Below the pieces are notes generated by a model, which saw nothing but the letters and a program-made list of their open reading frames with translations, was not told where the DNA came from and ran no database searches. A DNA stretch of 64,000 bases from Escherichia phage vB_EcoM_ECO78, in sequence record PP526941.1. One strand, given 5' to 3'. This document shows, piece after piece, positions 1 to 8,415 of this stretch. Each line of letters begins with the position of its first letter. Positions within the stretch are counted from its first letter, which is position 1. A program made the translations under genes and the position numbers.

Positions 1-1060
1 AAGATTGCTTTTTATTGCGAATATCATTCGCCAACGTCTGCTGGGTTTTAATATTATCTCGGTATTCATCAACGAGAACTTTTAAATTATCACGATGTGT
101 TGAAAGCTGTTCAAACGAATGCGTACATTCAGAAACTTTATCTTTAATTTTAGAAACAACTTTATCACCGGAACTTAATTGTGACAAACAGGTTGGACAT
201 AATCCACCTTCGTGATACATATTAATGACTTTATTATACGAGTCAATTTTTGATTTAATTAAAAATGCTTCTTGACCGATTTTATTAAATGCATCAGTCG
301 GGTCTTCATCCAAAACAATATTAACTAATCTTTCATTAGCTTCTTCTATTTCCGATTTTAGCGTTCTAGCTTCTTTTGCCAAATCATCATACATATTCTG
401 TAGACGAGTAAGATTGTCACCAGTTAATTTTTTCTGGCGTTCAACGTTATCATTATATATTTTAATTTGTTGGATAATACTATCTTTTTTAACATCAAGC
501 ACTTGGTTTTGTGAATTTAATTCACGTATTAGTGCTTTATTAAGCTTATCCATTTCAGCTAATGTTCCTACCTCAAGCAGGTCTTCCACAAGCTTTCTTC
601 GTGCAGGGGTCGACAAACCCATGAAAGGGGTATACCCTGCTGTACCAAGGACAACAATCTGCTTGAAACTGGCATATGACATTCCGATAAGCTGTTCAAA
701 TTCTGCTTGGAAATCTTTACTGCTGGCAGATTCATTAAGACGTGTACCGTTAACGGTGATTTCGAAAACGTTTGGTTTTTGTCCTCTTTTGATATAGTAC
801 TTTTTCTCATCATATTCCATCCACAGTTCAACTAAAAGTTCTTTCTTATTTGTGCTGTTTATTAATTGGCCTTTCTTTACATCACGAAATGGCTTGCCAA
901 AAAGCCCAAATGTGATGGCTTCTAGCATAGTAGACTTACCACCGCCATTTCGTCCAGTAATAAGAGTTTTTTGAACCTTATCTAATTGAATGTCAATAGG
1001 ATTTCCACCTACTGACATTATATTTTGATACCTAACTCGGTTTAGTTTAAAATTCTTCAC
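1..1060 (-). CDS. 46: Recombination endonuclease subunit gp46 (Rad50/SbcC-like ATPase), N-terminal part; gene runs off the window start
   Basis: Open minus frame from GTG at 1060 (SD AAGGAA upstream; alternative ATG at 1018) to window edge; Walker A GRNGGGKST; CPTC zinc-hook motif; GTGA overlap with upstream ORF stop. Confidence 0.85.
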   Translation of the reverse strand, partial: MKNFKLNRVRYQNIMSVGGNPIDIQLDKVQKTLITGRNGGGKSTMLEAITFGLFGKPFRDVKKGQLINSTNKKELLVELWMEYDEKKYYIKRGQKPNVFEITVNGTRLNESASSKDFQAEFEQLIGMSYASFKQIVVLGTAGYTPFMGLSTPARRKLVEDLLEVGTLAEMDKLNKALIRELNSQNQVLDVKKDSIIQQIKIYNDNVERQKKLTGDNLTRLQNMYDDLAKEARTLKSEIEEANERLVNIVLDEDPTDAFNKIGQEAFLIKSKIDSYNKVINMYHEGGLCPTCLSQLSSGDKVVSKIKDKVSECTHSFEQLSTHRDNLKVLVDEYRDNIKTQQTLANDIRNKKQS

Positions 1061-1320
1061 AAAAGATTCCTTTTAATGTATCTTTTAGACCATTCTATCA
1101 TATCATCATAATCTAAAAAGTATTCATCAAATTCAGCCATGCAAACAACACCTTGTGCTGTTTTTGATGTAATATAAATTATTCCAACATATCTAGAATC
1201 TTCTTCGGTATAATCAATGTTTGCTATGAATTCATCATTGATGTCAAATGTCGAAAACTTCACAGTATGCATCCTTAATACAAGATACAGCCATATCTTG
1301 TAATGATTTAGGTGTGTCAT
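1057..1320 (-). CDS. Hypothetical small protein (46.1 position); start uncertain
   Basis: 87-aa ORF between gp47 and gp46; overlaps upstream ORF by about 77 nt so true start may be internal. Confidence 0.4.
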   Translation of the reverse strand: MTHLNHYKIWLYLVLRMHTVKFSTFDINDEFIANIDYTEEDSRYVGIIYITSKTAQGVVCMAEFDEYFLDYDDMIEWSKRYIKRNLL

Positions 1321-1507
1321 TATCTAAAATGTTGAAGTTAAAAGATACAGCCCAGTCAGTGCAGACCGTAACCTTTTTAATACAATTATCTTCAACCTCT
1401 AGCGGTTCAAACCAATATTCAATAATTTCTTTATGCCCAATATCATCTTTTACTTCGCATTCAAAATGCTGACTCATCATAACATTTTTAAATTCATCAA
1501 AAGTCAT
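1244..1507 (-). CDS. Hypothetical small protein (46.2 position)
   Basis: 87-aa ORF; ATG overlaps gp47 stop (ATGA coupling). Confidence 0.5.
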   Translation of the reverse strand: MTFDEFKNVMMSQHFECEVKDDIGHKEIIEYWFEPLEVEDNCIKKVTVCTDWAVSFNFNILDNDTPKSLQDMAVSCIKDAYCEVFDI

Positions 1508-2523
1508 TGTGTTGCCTCTACATATAGCTGATTTGCATATTGAATAAGTGCTTCACGATCAGAATCAGTGATGTCTGGAATTGCATTAATGTATTCTTCC
1601 ATCAACGTCTGAAGCGATTGAACTTCAACTTCTTCACTGTCATCTGACTCGACAGAGTTATCAATCTTTGACACAACTCGTAATGAATGCACAACTTTTT
1701 CTAGTTCAGATTCGAACTTCGTCAGATTTTTGTCTACTTCAGTTACTATAACACGTACTGATAGATTTGTAAAATCTTTATAGTCAATTTTTCCTTTAAA
1801 CGGATAATGAATTCTACGATGCCAGGTAGTATTGTTTGGAATAAATTCCATTCGTTCTGTTTCTGTATCAAACATCCAGAACCCGCGAGGGTCATTCTCG
1901 TCACCTGCAGTTAGTGTCCATGGTGTCCCAATATATCTGACGTTAGCAGCCTCAGAGATAGTATGGAAGTGACCAGACCACACTTCTTTATAAGTCTTAA
2001 GGAAATCAGGTTCAAGACCATGAGATTTCATTCCTTTATAAAAATAAAATCCATTCAGCTCCCAGTGGCCAACACAAAAAGAAGCAGATGAAGTTTTGAT
2101 GTGTTCAAGAATTTCACCAGTATTTTCTTCACACATCCAAGGAATTAAATCAATCAAACATCCGTCAAAATCTACTGTAGTAGGCTTATCATATACTTTA
2201 ACATTAGGATATTTAGCCAAAAGCTCAGTAGAAGCATTTGGAGTTAAAGTATTTTTAAAGTGCATATCATGGTTTCCTACAACAGTATGTAGGGTAATAC
2301 CAGCATCATCAAGCATTTGAACTATTTCACGAGCGAACTCCATAGTTTTATGTGTGATTGCTTTTCGCACATCAAAAATATCGCCGTATTGAATCCATGT
2401 AGTAATTCCATTTTTCTTAGAATATTCTATTGCTTGTTTAATTCCATCCAACTGAATGGATTGAACCCACTCATCATCGGCTTTAACACCTAAATGCCAA
2501 TCACCTAAATTTAAAATTTTCAT
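1504..2523 (-). CDS. 47: Recombination endonuclease subunit gp47 (Mre11/SbcD-like phosphoesterase)
   Basis: 339 aa; calcineurin-like phosphoesterase motifs GDWHLG, GDIFD, GNHD; upstream of gp46 as in T4. Confidence 0.9.
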   Translation of the reverse strand: MKILNLGDWHLGVKADDEWVQSIQLDGIKQAIEYSKKNGITTWIQYGDIFDVRKAITHKTMEFAREIVQMLDDAGITLHTVVGNHDMHFKNTLTPNASTELLAKYPNVKVYDKPTTVDFDGCLIDLIPWMCEENTGEILEHIKTSSASFCVGHWELNGFYFYKGMKSHGLEPDFLKTYKEVWSGHFHTISEAANVRYIGTPWTLTAGDENDPRGFWMFDTETERMEFIPNNTTWHRRIHYPFKGKIDYKDFTNLSVRVIVTEVDKNLTKFESELEKVVHSLRVVSKIDNSVESDDSEEVEVQSLQTLMEEYINAIPDITDSDREALIQYANQLYVEATQ

Positions 2524-2660
2524 ATATCAAGAACCGTCATTGAAATGCAAAATAAAATTATTGAAATAAATCCATCTGGTGTGCTAAAGAACCCAATCCA
2601 ACATGCTCTAGTGAATAGATAAAATGCAAGAAAAAGTATCACATATCCAAGAAATATCAT
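2520..2660 (-). CDS. Small hydrophobic protein (46 aa), putative membrane peptide
   Basis: ATG at 2660, stop overlaps gp47 ATG (ATGA); translation MIFLGYVILFLAFYLF... is strongly hydrophobic; below the 60-aa cutoff of the ORF track. Confidence 0.35.
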   Translation of the reverse strand: MIFLGYVILFLAFYLFTRACWIGFFSTPDGFISIILFCISMTVLDI

Positions 2661-2684
2661 TATATCAAACTCCGTATAAAGCTA

Positions 2685-2700
2685 AAGGGCCGAAGCCCTT
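2685..2700 (-). terminator. Stem-loop GGGC-UUCG-GCCC immediately after a-gt stop; terminator or RNA-stability hairpin
   Basis: Perfect 4-bp GC stem with UUCG tetraloop on minus transcript, followed by a U-rich tract. Confidence 0.45.
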
Positions 2701-3902
2701 TATTTTGTAATAATGTCAAACTGTTCTTTAAAGCAGAAGCTTGAATCTTGATGTTGATACAAAAATTCATACGCTTTTTCTCGCTCACGGTCATAAAGAG
2801 CTCGGTCAGATGACAGTTCTTTAATACGTTCAAACGTTGATTCCATATCATTTTCATCAAACCAAATGATACCGCTATCATGCGAGGTCAAAGGAGTATT
2901 ATCAACACGGAATTTTAAATTTTCGCCAGTAGATTTCCAAAATACCGGAATTGTTCCACATGCACCAAGCTCGAGATGAGTATATTCTAAAGAACGCTGT
3001 AGATATTTTTTATCCAACTTACTCAACTGATAACCAAATCCGGATTTACTCATACGCTCAAGCATTTCGCTATTTACATAACGGTCAAGAATTTGCGTTG
3101 GCAAATTAGGAGCAATTTTAATTTGGTCTACTTGATGAAGACGATAATACTCATATGGAATTCCTTTTTCTTTAATAGGAATGAACGCTGGAGAACGCTC
3201 CAGACCTTCCATAATAGTACTTAGTCCTGCAGGTTTAAGATGTTTTTCATGAAAATCAAACATCTGATAAAAACCTTTCCATGTAGTCGTACGACCAATC
3301 CAACGGTTGATATTCATGTTAATTTCAGAAACATCTTTCCAGTAGGTTGACCGAACCTTCGCAATATCCATAGGAGGCTGAAAGTTATATACTGTCGGTG
3401 CTTCTTCAATATCATCAAACAAAGAAACTGTTTCAGGATACCACTCTTTCATCAGAACTTTATTAAAATCACCATTATCAGAATGGCTAAAAATAACATC
3501 AGCTCGACGAACAGTTTCTTCTAATCCCAAATTTCGGCGCAAAGAAAGAGAAGAATGGTCATGTTGATAAACTACAACACGAACTGAAGGTTTAATGTTA
3601 TCAATAATTTTTTTATAGTTATTAATAGTGTCTTCTTCAACTGAAGTAGCAGGAACTGAATTGATAATTAGAATATCACAATCATTTACCAGCTTAAGTG
3701 TTTTATCGTATTCTTTTGCCAATAAAACCGGAATTGAAAATGATTTATAATCATGCGCGCAATTACGAGTAAATGATTTATCTTTAGCATAAACCAAAGT
3801 TACTTCATGACCATTTTTAATAAACCAATCACGTTGCTCAAGAGAAAATTTAGTTACACCGCAACCTTCAAGACCTCGAGCCATAAAAATACATACTTTC
3901 AT
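2700..3902 (-). CDS. a-gt: DNA alpha-glucosyltransferase (HMC alpha-glucosyl transferase)
   Basis: 400 aa, same length and near-identical N-terminus (M.ICIFMARGLEGCGVTKFSLEQRDWF) to T4 a-gt by recall; position between 47 and 55. Confidence 0.85.
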   Translation of the reverse strand: MKVCIFMARGLEGCGVTKFSLEQRDWFIKNGHEVTLVYAKDKSFTRNCAHDYKSFSIPVLLAKEYDKTLKLVNDCDILIINSVPATSVEEDTINNYKKIIDNIKPSVRVVVYQHDHSSLSLRRNLGLEETVRRADVIFSHSDNGDFNKVLMKEWYPETVSLFDDIEEAPTVYNFQPPMDIAKVRSTYWKDVSEINMNINRWIGRTTTWKGFYQMFDFHEKHLKPAGLSTIMEGLERSPAFIPIKEKGIPYEYYRLHQVDQIKIAPNLPTQILDRYVNSEMLERMSKSGFGYQLSKLDKKYLQRSLEYTHLELGACGTIPVFWKSTGENLKFRVDNTPLTSHDSGIIWFDENDMESTFERIKELSSDRALYDREREKAYEFLYQHQDSSFCFKEQFDIITK

Positions 3903-3968
3903 TTAATATCCTCTTTGTTTTGGTTTATTTTACCAAAAATTTATAAAGCAATATAGGAGCCGAAGCTC

Positions 3969-4142
3969 CTATCCGCATAATACGCCATACAAAGGCTCAT
4001 TAGAACTTCTAAATTTTATGCGCTTATATGTTATAGTTCCTTCTGCTTTAGCTTTATCATGAGACTCTTTAAAGCGTCTCATCATTTCCTCTTTAGAGGA
4101 ACGAATTTTATTATAATCTATTTCAGAAGTCTGGGTGTTCAT
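3969..4142 (-). CDS. Possible small ORF (57 aa), unknown function
   Basis: ATG at 4142 to TAG at 3969; weak SD; stop overlaps GGAGC-UUCG-GCUCC hairpin at 3957-3970. Confidence 0.25.
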   Translation of the reverse strand: MNTQTSEIDYNKIRSSKEEMMRRFKESHDKAKAEGTITYKRIKFRSSNEPLYGVLCG

Positions 4143-4145
4143 CTT

Positions 4146-4352
4146 TCACAGTTGCCACCATTTTTTGACTTGATAAGAATCAACCCACACTTTCATATTA
4201 GGGTCTGCTCTTACAATAGGAGGATTAACTTCTTTAATTGAACTATCATGGTATTCTTTTTCAGAAATTTTCACACAAAGATGACCATTCAAAGATTCAG
4301 TAAATCCTGCATTAATTTTAAGACGCTTGAATTTTACGTGTGTAAGCATCAA
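4146..4352 (-). CDS. Hypothetical protein (68 aa)
   Basis: ORF in the a-gt to 55 interval; overlaps upstream ORF end. Confidence 0.4.
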   Translation of the reverse strand: MMLTHVKFKRLKINAGFTESLNGHLCVKISEKEYHDSSIKEVNPPIVRADPNMKVWVDSYQVKKWWQL

Positions 4353-4635
4353 TCATATCCTCAATCTGCGATCTAGTAGTCTTCCAAAGAATACTAATGA
4401 GTTCATCGTTATATGGCTGTTTTAGAATATCCCGACTTTTCTTGATAGCATATTCGTATTGAGCAAAATTATTATTTTCAGCTGCAATCTGAGCGTGCTT
4501 ATAAAGACGGTTCAGTTCGCGTTTGTTTTTAGACAATAACTTATTTGCTTTTCTTTCTGCTTCAAGACGGTTCTTTTCTTCAATAGAAGAAATAAGCTTT
4601 TCCACTTCATCATTAATTTCGGGTTTATCAGTCAT
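4318..4635 (-). CDS. Hypothetical protein (105 aa), coiled-coil rich
   Basis: ORF with charged heptad-like sequence; a-gt to 55 interval. Confidence 0.55.
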   Translation of the reverse strand: MTDKPEINDEVEKLISSIEEKNRLEAERKANKLLSKNKRELNRLYKHAQIAAENNNFAQYEYAIKKSRDILKQPYNDELISILWKTTRSQIEDMIDAYTRKIQAS

Positions 4636-4636
4636 A

Positions 4637-4855
4637 TTATTTCTCTAATATAAAATAAAAATCATCATCTGTTAAATGATACCGATAATTTAATTCTACA
4701 CCATTAGATTTAAAAGCGGTATCATACGGATTTTCTGGATCAATATCAATGTCAAGAGCTAAAACTTCCCTGAGATACATTTTAAGTAAATAGGGAATAG
4801 CTTCAACTTCAGGTATTTCTTCCAAGAATCCGGAGAGGTTAATCGTTAGCCTCAT
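4637..4855 (-). CDS. Hypothetical protein (72 aa)
   Basis: ORF whose ATG lies within the last codons of gene 55. Confidence 0.45.
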
Positions 4856-5396
4856 ATAAAAAATCCAAACTAGGAGAATCGTCTACAACACTTTTCTTTT
4901 CAGCCCCTGGTGTTCTATAGGTTGATTCTTCGTAATGCGTCATTTTATCGTAGATGTCTTGAATAAAAGTTTCATCTACTAACGCAACCATATCGTCGTC
5001 ACGACTGTCATAGACATTGTGAACGAAGTAACTATATTTCTTTGCAACTTCCTTACGTTCTTTTTTAATACGTTGGACGAATGCATTAAAACAAGCTTGA
5101 GTTATATACGCATGTGGGTTTTTATATTTCGTTTCATCAAAATTGTGAAGCCCCTTAATAGAAGCTTCTATACCATCTGCAATCATTTCTTGTTTCCAAG
5201 ACTGGGTGTATCCTGAAAAGTTGAAACGTTTAGATAAGCCTTCTGCAATAAGCATAATGGCTAATCCGATAGTATCATTCTGACGAACTACTTTATTTGG
5301 GTCTTTATTATTTGCTAATTCTGTTTTCCAATCAATAATAGCTTGTAAAAGCTCTTTATTGTTTACGTAATTATATTTAGGCTTAGTTTCTGACAT
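4839..5396 (-). CDS. 55: Late-transcription sigma factor gp55
   Basis: 185 aa from second ATG ([21 protein letters not shown]...), matches T4 gp55 length and N-terminus by recall. Confidence 0.9.
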
Positions 5397-5474
5397 TTTC
5401 ACCTCTTAGCTCAATTCATAGATCTATTATATCATAATATTTGAAGATCTATCTTAAAGCATAGAGGATATCAG

Positions 5475-5744
5475 TTATCTAAGTAAACAGTATGCTTGGA
5501 ATACTTTCTCCATCATCTTTTTAAATTCATGAATATCTATATAATGACTAGTTAGATCAGCATGATATAAAAAGTCTAAAAACTTTTCATGTGTACTAAC
5601 ATATTCACTTTCATTTAATTCAGAAACATGACTTTCCCAATATCCAACACCAGTCTTATTTGGGAAAAATGAAATTTTCATGTATTGATCAACATAGAAA
5701 ATGCCATAATTTTCAATAGTAATAGAAATATTAATTAATTTCAT
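5475..5744 (-). CDS. Hypothetical protein (89 aa)
   Basis: ORF in 55.x block. Confidence 0.5.
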   Translation of the reverse strand: MKLINISITIENYGIFYVDQYMKISFFPNKTGVGYWESHVSELNESEYVSTHEKFLDFLYHADLTSHYIDIHEFKKMMEKVFQAYCLLR

Positions 5745-5956
5745 ACATTTATCAGCTTAGCCGCTCCAAGAGCTGCATCTAGTGAATCAAATTGGTCAAC
5801 ATATTCAATCAATTCGCCATAATTGGCATATAACCACCATTGGCTAAATTCATACTCAAGGATGAATCCGTTTCCTTCAATTTGAGTTAAACCAATGCCA
5901 TTTGTATTTACTTCATATCCAGCGAGACGTAAATCATTAATAAGAGCTTCGTTCAT
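5741..5956 (-). CDS. Hypothetical protein (71 aa)
   Basis: ORF; start overlaps upstream stop. Confidence 0.5.
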   Translation of the reverse strand: MNEALINDLRLAGYEVNTNGIGLTQIEGNGFILEYEFSQWWLYANYGELIEYVDQFDSLDAALGAAKLINV

Positions 5957-5958
5957 AA

Positions 5959-6285
5959 TTATACCTTAGTAATTTTCAGGTCTGCAAATTTTTTCTTGCG
6001 TTGATTTTTCATGCGACGAATAGTCTTATCGGAAATTTCATGCTTTTGATAAGCTTTAGATTCTACACCAAAAGCTTTAACATCAAATTCTGACAAGATA
6101 TACTGAACCAGCAATTCACGGACAGTATTGCGTCCAATCTTCTGATCGTTCTGTTTCATCGTCTGATGAAGCTCTTTTTCCCATTTATCCAAAATTTGAG
6201 GAGTTACAATATCGCCTTTTTCTAGCAAAGAAACTACTTTATCATATGCATAAGAATTGATGGCGTTTTTAATTTGAATAGTCAT
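5959..6285 (-). CDS. Hypothetical protein (108 aa), basic C-terminus
   Basis: ORF with SD GAGGATAA upstream of ATG. Confidence 0.55.
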   Translation of the reverse strand: MTIQIKNAINSYAYDKVVSLLEKGDIVTPQILDKWEKELHQTMKQNDQKIGRNTVRELLVQYILSEFDVKAFGVESKAYQKHEISDKTIRRMKNQRKKKFADLKITKV

Positions 6286-6320
6286 ACATTATCCTCAATT
6301 ACGTTAAAATTTTATTATCC

Positions 6321-6338
6321 AAAAAAGGGCCGAAGCCC
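6321..6338 (-). terminator. Rho-independent terminator (GGGC-UUCG-GCCC + U6)
   Basis: On minus transcript GGGCUUCGGCCC followed by UUUUUU, directly after stop of ORF 6339-6539. Confidence 0.65.
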
Positions 6339-6539
6339 TTAGCTAAACTTTTTGGCACCCTTCCAGCCTTCATACATCATTGCGGCTGATATTAATATTG
6401 CTCCTGAGCAACTTGAATATTTGTGATTCCAAAACCAGTTTAGAAAAACTTCGTCATCAATACCTTGAGCTATCATATTTTCAAAGAACTGACGACGAGC
6501 TTCAGCAATTCGTTGCGATAATTTAGATTCAGGATTCAT
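6339..6539 (-). CDS. Hypothetical protein (66 aa)
   Basis: ORF followed by terminator hairpin. Confidence 0.5.
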   Translation of the reverse strand: MNPESKLSQRIAEARRQFFENMIAQGIDDEVFLNWFWNHKYSSCSGAILISAAMMYEGWKGAKKFS

Positions 6540-6674
6540 TTAAATTTCCCACCAATTGCCATTTTCATCAATAAATTTAATCCAATCATTTACTGACCAC
6601 TTAGTTGTATCACCTTTTGGAGTAACATTTAAAGTGTATAGCCCTTGCTTAAAAAGCATTCGTTTGATATTCAT
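6540..6674 (-). CDS. Hypothetical small protein (about 44 aa from internal ATG)
   Basis: SD GAGGAAA then ATG (MNIKRMLF...); track ORF 6540-6758 extends upstream into neighbouring gene. Confidence 0.4.
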   Translation of the reverse strand: MNIKRMLFKQGLYTLNVTPKGDTTKWSVNDWIKFIDENGNWWEI

Positions 6675-6681
6675 ATTTTCC

Positions 6682-6975
6682 TCAGCTGTAACGATAACAC
6701 TCATTTGATTTGCGCTTAGCAACTCGTTGAGAAGTATTGTAATCAAAATCATCGTCAATGTAAACTGATTTTTTCAACTTTCTTACTTCGCCACGTAATT
6801 GGCGATTTAGCTCATCTTTAACTTCTGAATCAATGCCTTTCATTCTACGCCATTTATCTGAGCGAAAAATGTTTTCAACCATATCTTTATGACTTACACC
6901 ATCAGGAGCTTTACGCTTTCCGAAATAGTCATAATCACGAACTTTCAAGTCTTTACGACGATACGTTTTACCCAT
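6682..6975 (-). CDS. Hypothetical basic protein (98 aa)
   Basis: SD AAGGAAA 9 nt before ATG (MGKTYRRKDLKV...); lysine/arginine rich. Confidence 0.55.
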   Translation of the reverse strand: MGKTYRRKDLKVRDYDYFGKRKAPDGVSHKDMVENIFRSDKWRRMKGIDSEVKDELNRQLRGEVRKLKKSVYIDDDFDYNTSQRVAKRKSNECYRYS

Positions 6976-7144
6976 GGAGTTTAATTTCCTTAGCAACTGA
7001 ACTAAATACGGCACGATCGCAAATCATCTGTTTATTCCATTTAAGTACAGTATAATGAACATCTAGATCATCTACTGCTGTAACAATAACAATATGTCCG
7101 TTAACACGATAATACTGATCTCTTTTAATCTCTTTATCAACCAT
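6968..7144 (-). CDS. Hypothetical small protein (58 aa)
   Basis: SD GAGGA 6 nt before ATG at 7144; stop overlaps next start; not in ORF track (under 60 aa). Confidence 0.4.
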   Translation of the reverse strand: MVDKEIKRDQYYRVNGHIVIVTAVDDLDVHYTVLKWNKQMICDRAVFSSVAKEIKLHG

Positions 7145-7174
7145 ATCAAATCCTCAAAGGCAATTCATATGTTA

Positions 7175-7204
7175 ATAATACCACAGTTTGAACTTGTTGT
7201 AAAC
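7175..7204 (-). promoter_or_regulatory. Early (sigma70-like) promoter
   Basis: Minus strand GTTTAC - 18 nt - TATTAT with TGG extended -10 and A/T-rich upstream. Confidence 0.6.
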
Positions 7205-7283
7205 AACTTTGTGAAAAATATTTTAGGGAATGATAAGAAAGGAACGATAGCTTAGAATGGTAATATACAGAATGTGAGAAAGA

Positions 7284-7300
7284 AAGGCCCAGAGGGCCCG
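7284..7300 (-). terminator. Stem-loop GGCCC-UCU-GGGCC after nrdH; putative terminator
   Basis: GC-rich hairpin followed by U-rich tract on minus transcript. Confidence 0.5.
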
Positions 7301-7302
7301 TC

Positions 7303-7611
7303 TTAATCTTCTATGATATCTCTATCATATCCAAGTGAAATGAGAGTTTCTTTGAAGTGTTTAATGTTCTTTTGTCTAGAATCATTAATGAAAATGACTG
7401 GATAACGAATGTTAAGAGATGTGAATCCAGCGCGTTTAGCAAGAGATACAATCAGTGGACGATCATACTCAATCTTACCATTATTTGTAAGAACTTTATA
7501 GAAAGTAAAAGGAGCATTGAGCTCCTTTAGAAGTTTTGTAACTGATTGACATCCAGGACAACGACCTACTTCATCTGGAATTCCATAGACTTCAATCTTA
7601 TTTTGTTTCAC
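7303..7611 (-). CDS. nrdH: Glutaredoxin/NrdH-like redoxin
   Basis: 102 aa; CPGC redox motif near N-terminus; adjacent to nrdG/nrdD. Confidence 0.8.
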   Translation of the reverse strand: MKQNKIEVYGIPDEVGRCPGCQSVTKLLKELNAPFTFYKVLTNNGKIEYDRPLIVSLAKRAGFTSLNIRYPVIFINDSRQKNIKHFKETLISLGYDRDIIED

Positions 7612-7613
7612 AA

Positions 7614-7826
7614 CTATTCCTTACTAAGAGCAGCATTCAGCTTGTTAGTAATTTTATCCAGACGCTCATTGAATTCACTAGAAGATAAGCCCTTTTCTGG
7701 AGAAATCAAACTAATCACGAAAAATATAGCAATAAAAGGAATAAGGAAAATAGCTCCAACTGCCATAAACAGAAAGAATGTTACAGTTGTAAGAAAATCA
7801 GCTAAACCTTTACGAAATTTATACAT
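7614..7826 (-). CDS. Small membrane protein (70 aa)
   Basis: Central hydrophobic stretch VTFFLFMAVGAIFLIPFIAIFFVISLI. Confidence 0.55.
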   Translation of the reverse strand: MYKFRKGLADFLTTVTFFLFMAVGAIFLIPFIAIFFVISLISPEKGLSSSEFNERLDKITNKLNAALSKE

Positions 7827-7944
7827 TTACCTTTACCTTTAATTAATTAACCAAGCATTGATAAGCACTAAACTATATTGCGAATAAAATTCTGGACCAA
7901 AATGAAAAATCATATCATTTATAGTGTCCATAATATAATTCAAT

Positions 7945-8415
7945 TTAATCATGTTTCCACACCCCATCGGTATTTGACCAAAGTCGCTGATTATCTGATC
8001 CTCGCCACAACTTTTTGGTCGGAAGATTTTTCTCATACTTCCCATCAATAATAACATCAACATATTTAAGCATTTCTAGTTGTTTAATATCTTCAAACTT
8101 ATATCCTGTCCACAACCAAATGCTTTTATTGGGATAAAGATTTTTTACTGTTTGAACAATGCAATGAATAACATCTCGGTTATCAGGATAGAGAGGGTCT
8201 CCTCCAGTTATAGTTAATCCTTCTATATAATCATTATTCAAACATTCAATCAATTGTTCTAGTGTTTCACCAGTGAATGGAATACCATTTCTAGCATTCC
8301 ATGTTGATTTATTATAACACCCTTCACATTTATGCAAACAACCTGTAACGAAAAGAACGACCCTGCAACCAGGGCCATTCACAAAATCGCAAGGATAAAA
8401 TCTATCATAATTCAT
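7945..8415 (-). CDS. nrdG: Anaerobic ribonucleotide reductase activating protein (radical SAM)
   Basis: 156 aa; CxxxCxxC motif CLHKCEGC; overlaps nrdD stop. Confidence 0.9.
   Translation of the reverse strand: MNYDRFYPCDFVNGPGCRVVLFVTGCLHKCEGCYNKSTWNARNGIPFTGETLEQLIECLNNDYIEGLTITGGDPLYPDNRDVIHCIVQTVKNLYPNKSIWLWTGYKFEDIKQLEMLKYVDVIIDGKYEKNLPTKKLWRGSDNQRLWSNTDGVWKHD

Noticed and set aside
414-797. Plus-strand ORF (127 aa) inside the gp46 region
   Set aside because: Lies antisense to the continuous gp46 reading frame with Walker A and zinc-hook motifs; no SD; typical shadow ORF.
6682-7014. Long form of the basic-protein ORF (110 aa)
   Set aside because: Upstream 13 codons overlap the preceding small gene; an internal ATG with a strong SD gives a cleaner 98-aa gene (6682-6975).
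7839-8063. 74-aa minus-strand ORF overlapping the nrdG 3-prime end
   Set aside because: Mostly out-of-frame overlap with nrdG; only about 30 codons lie outside it; no SD.
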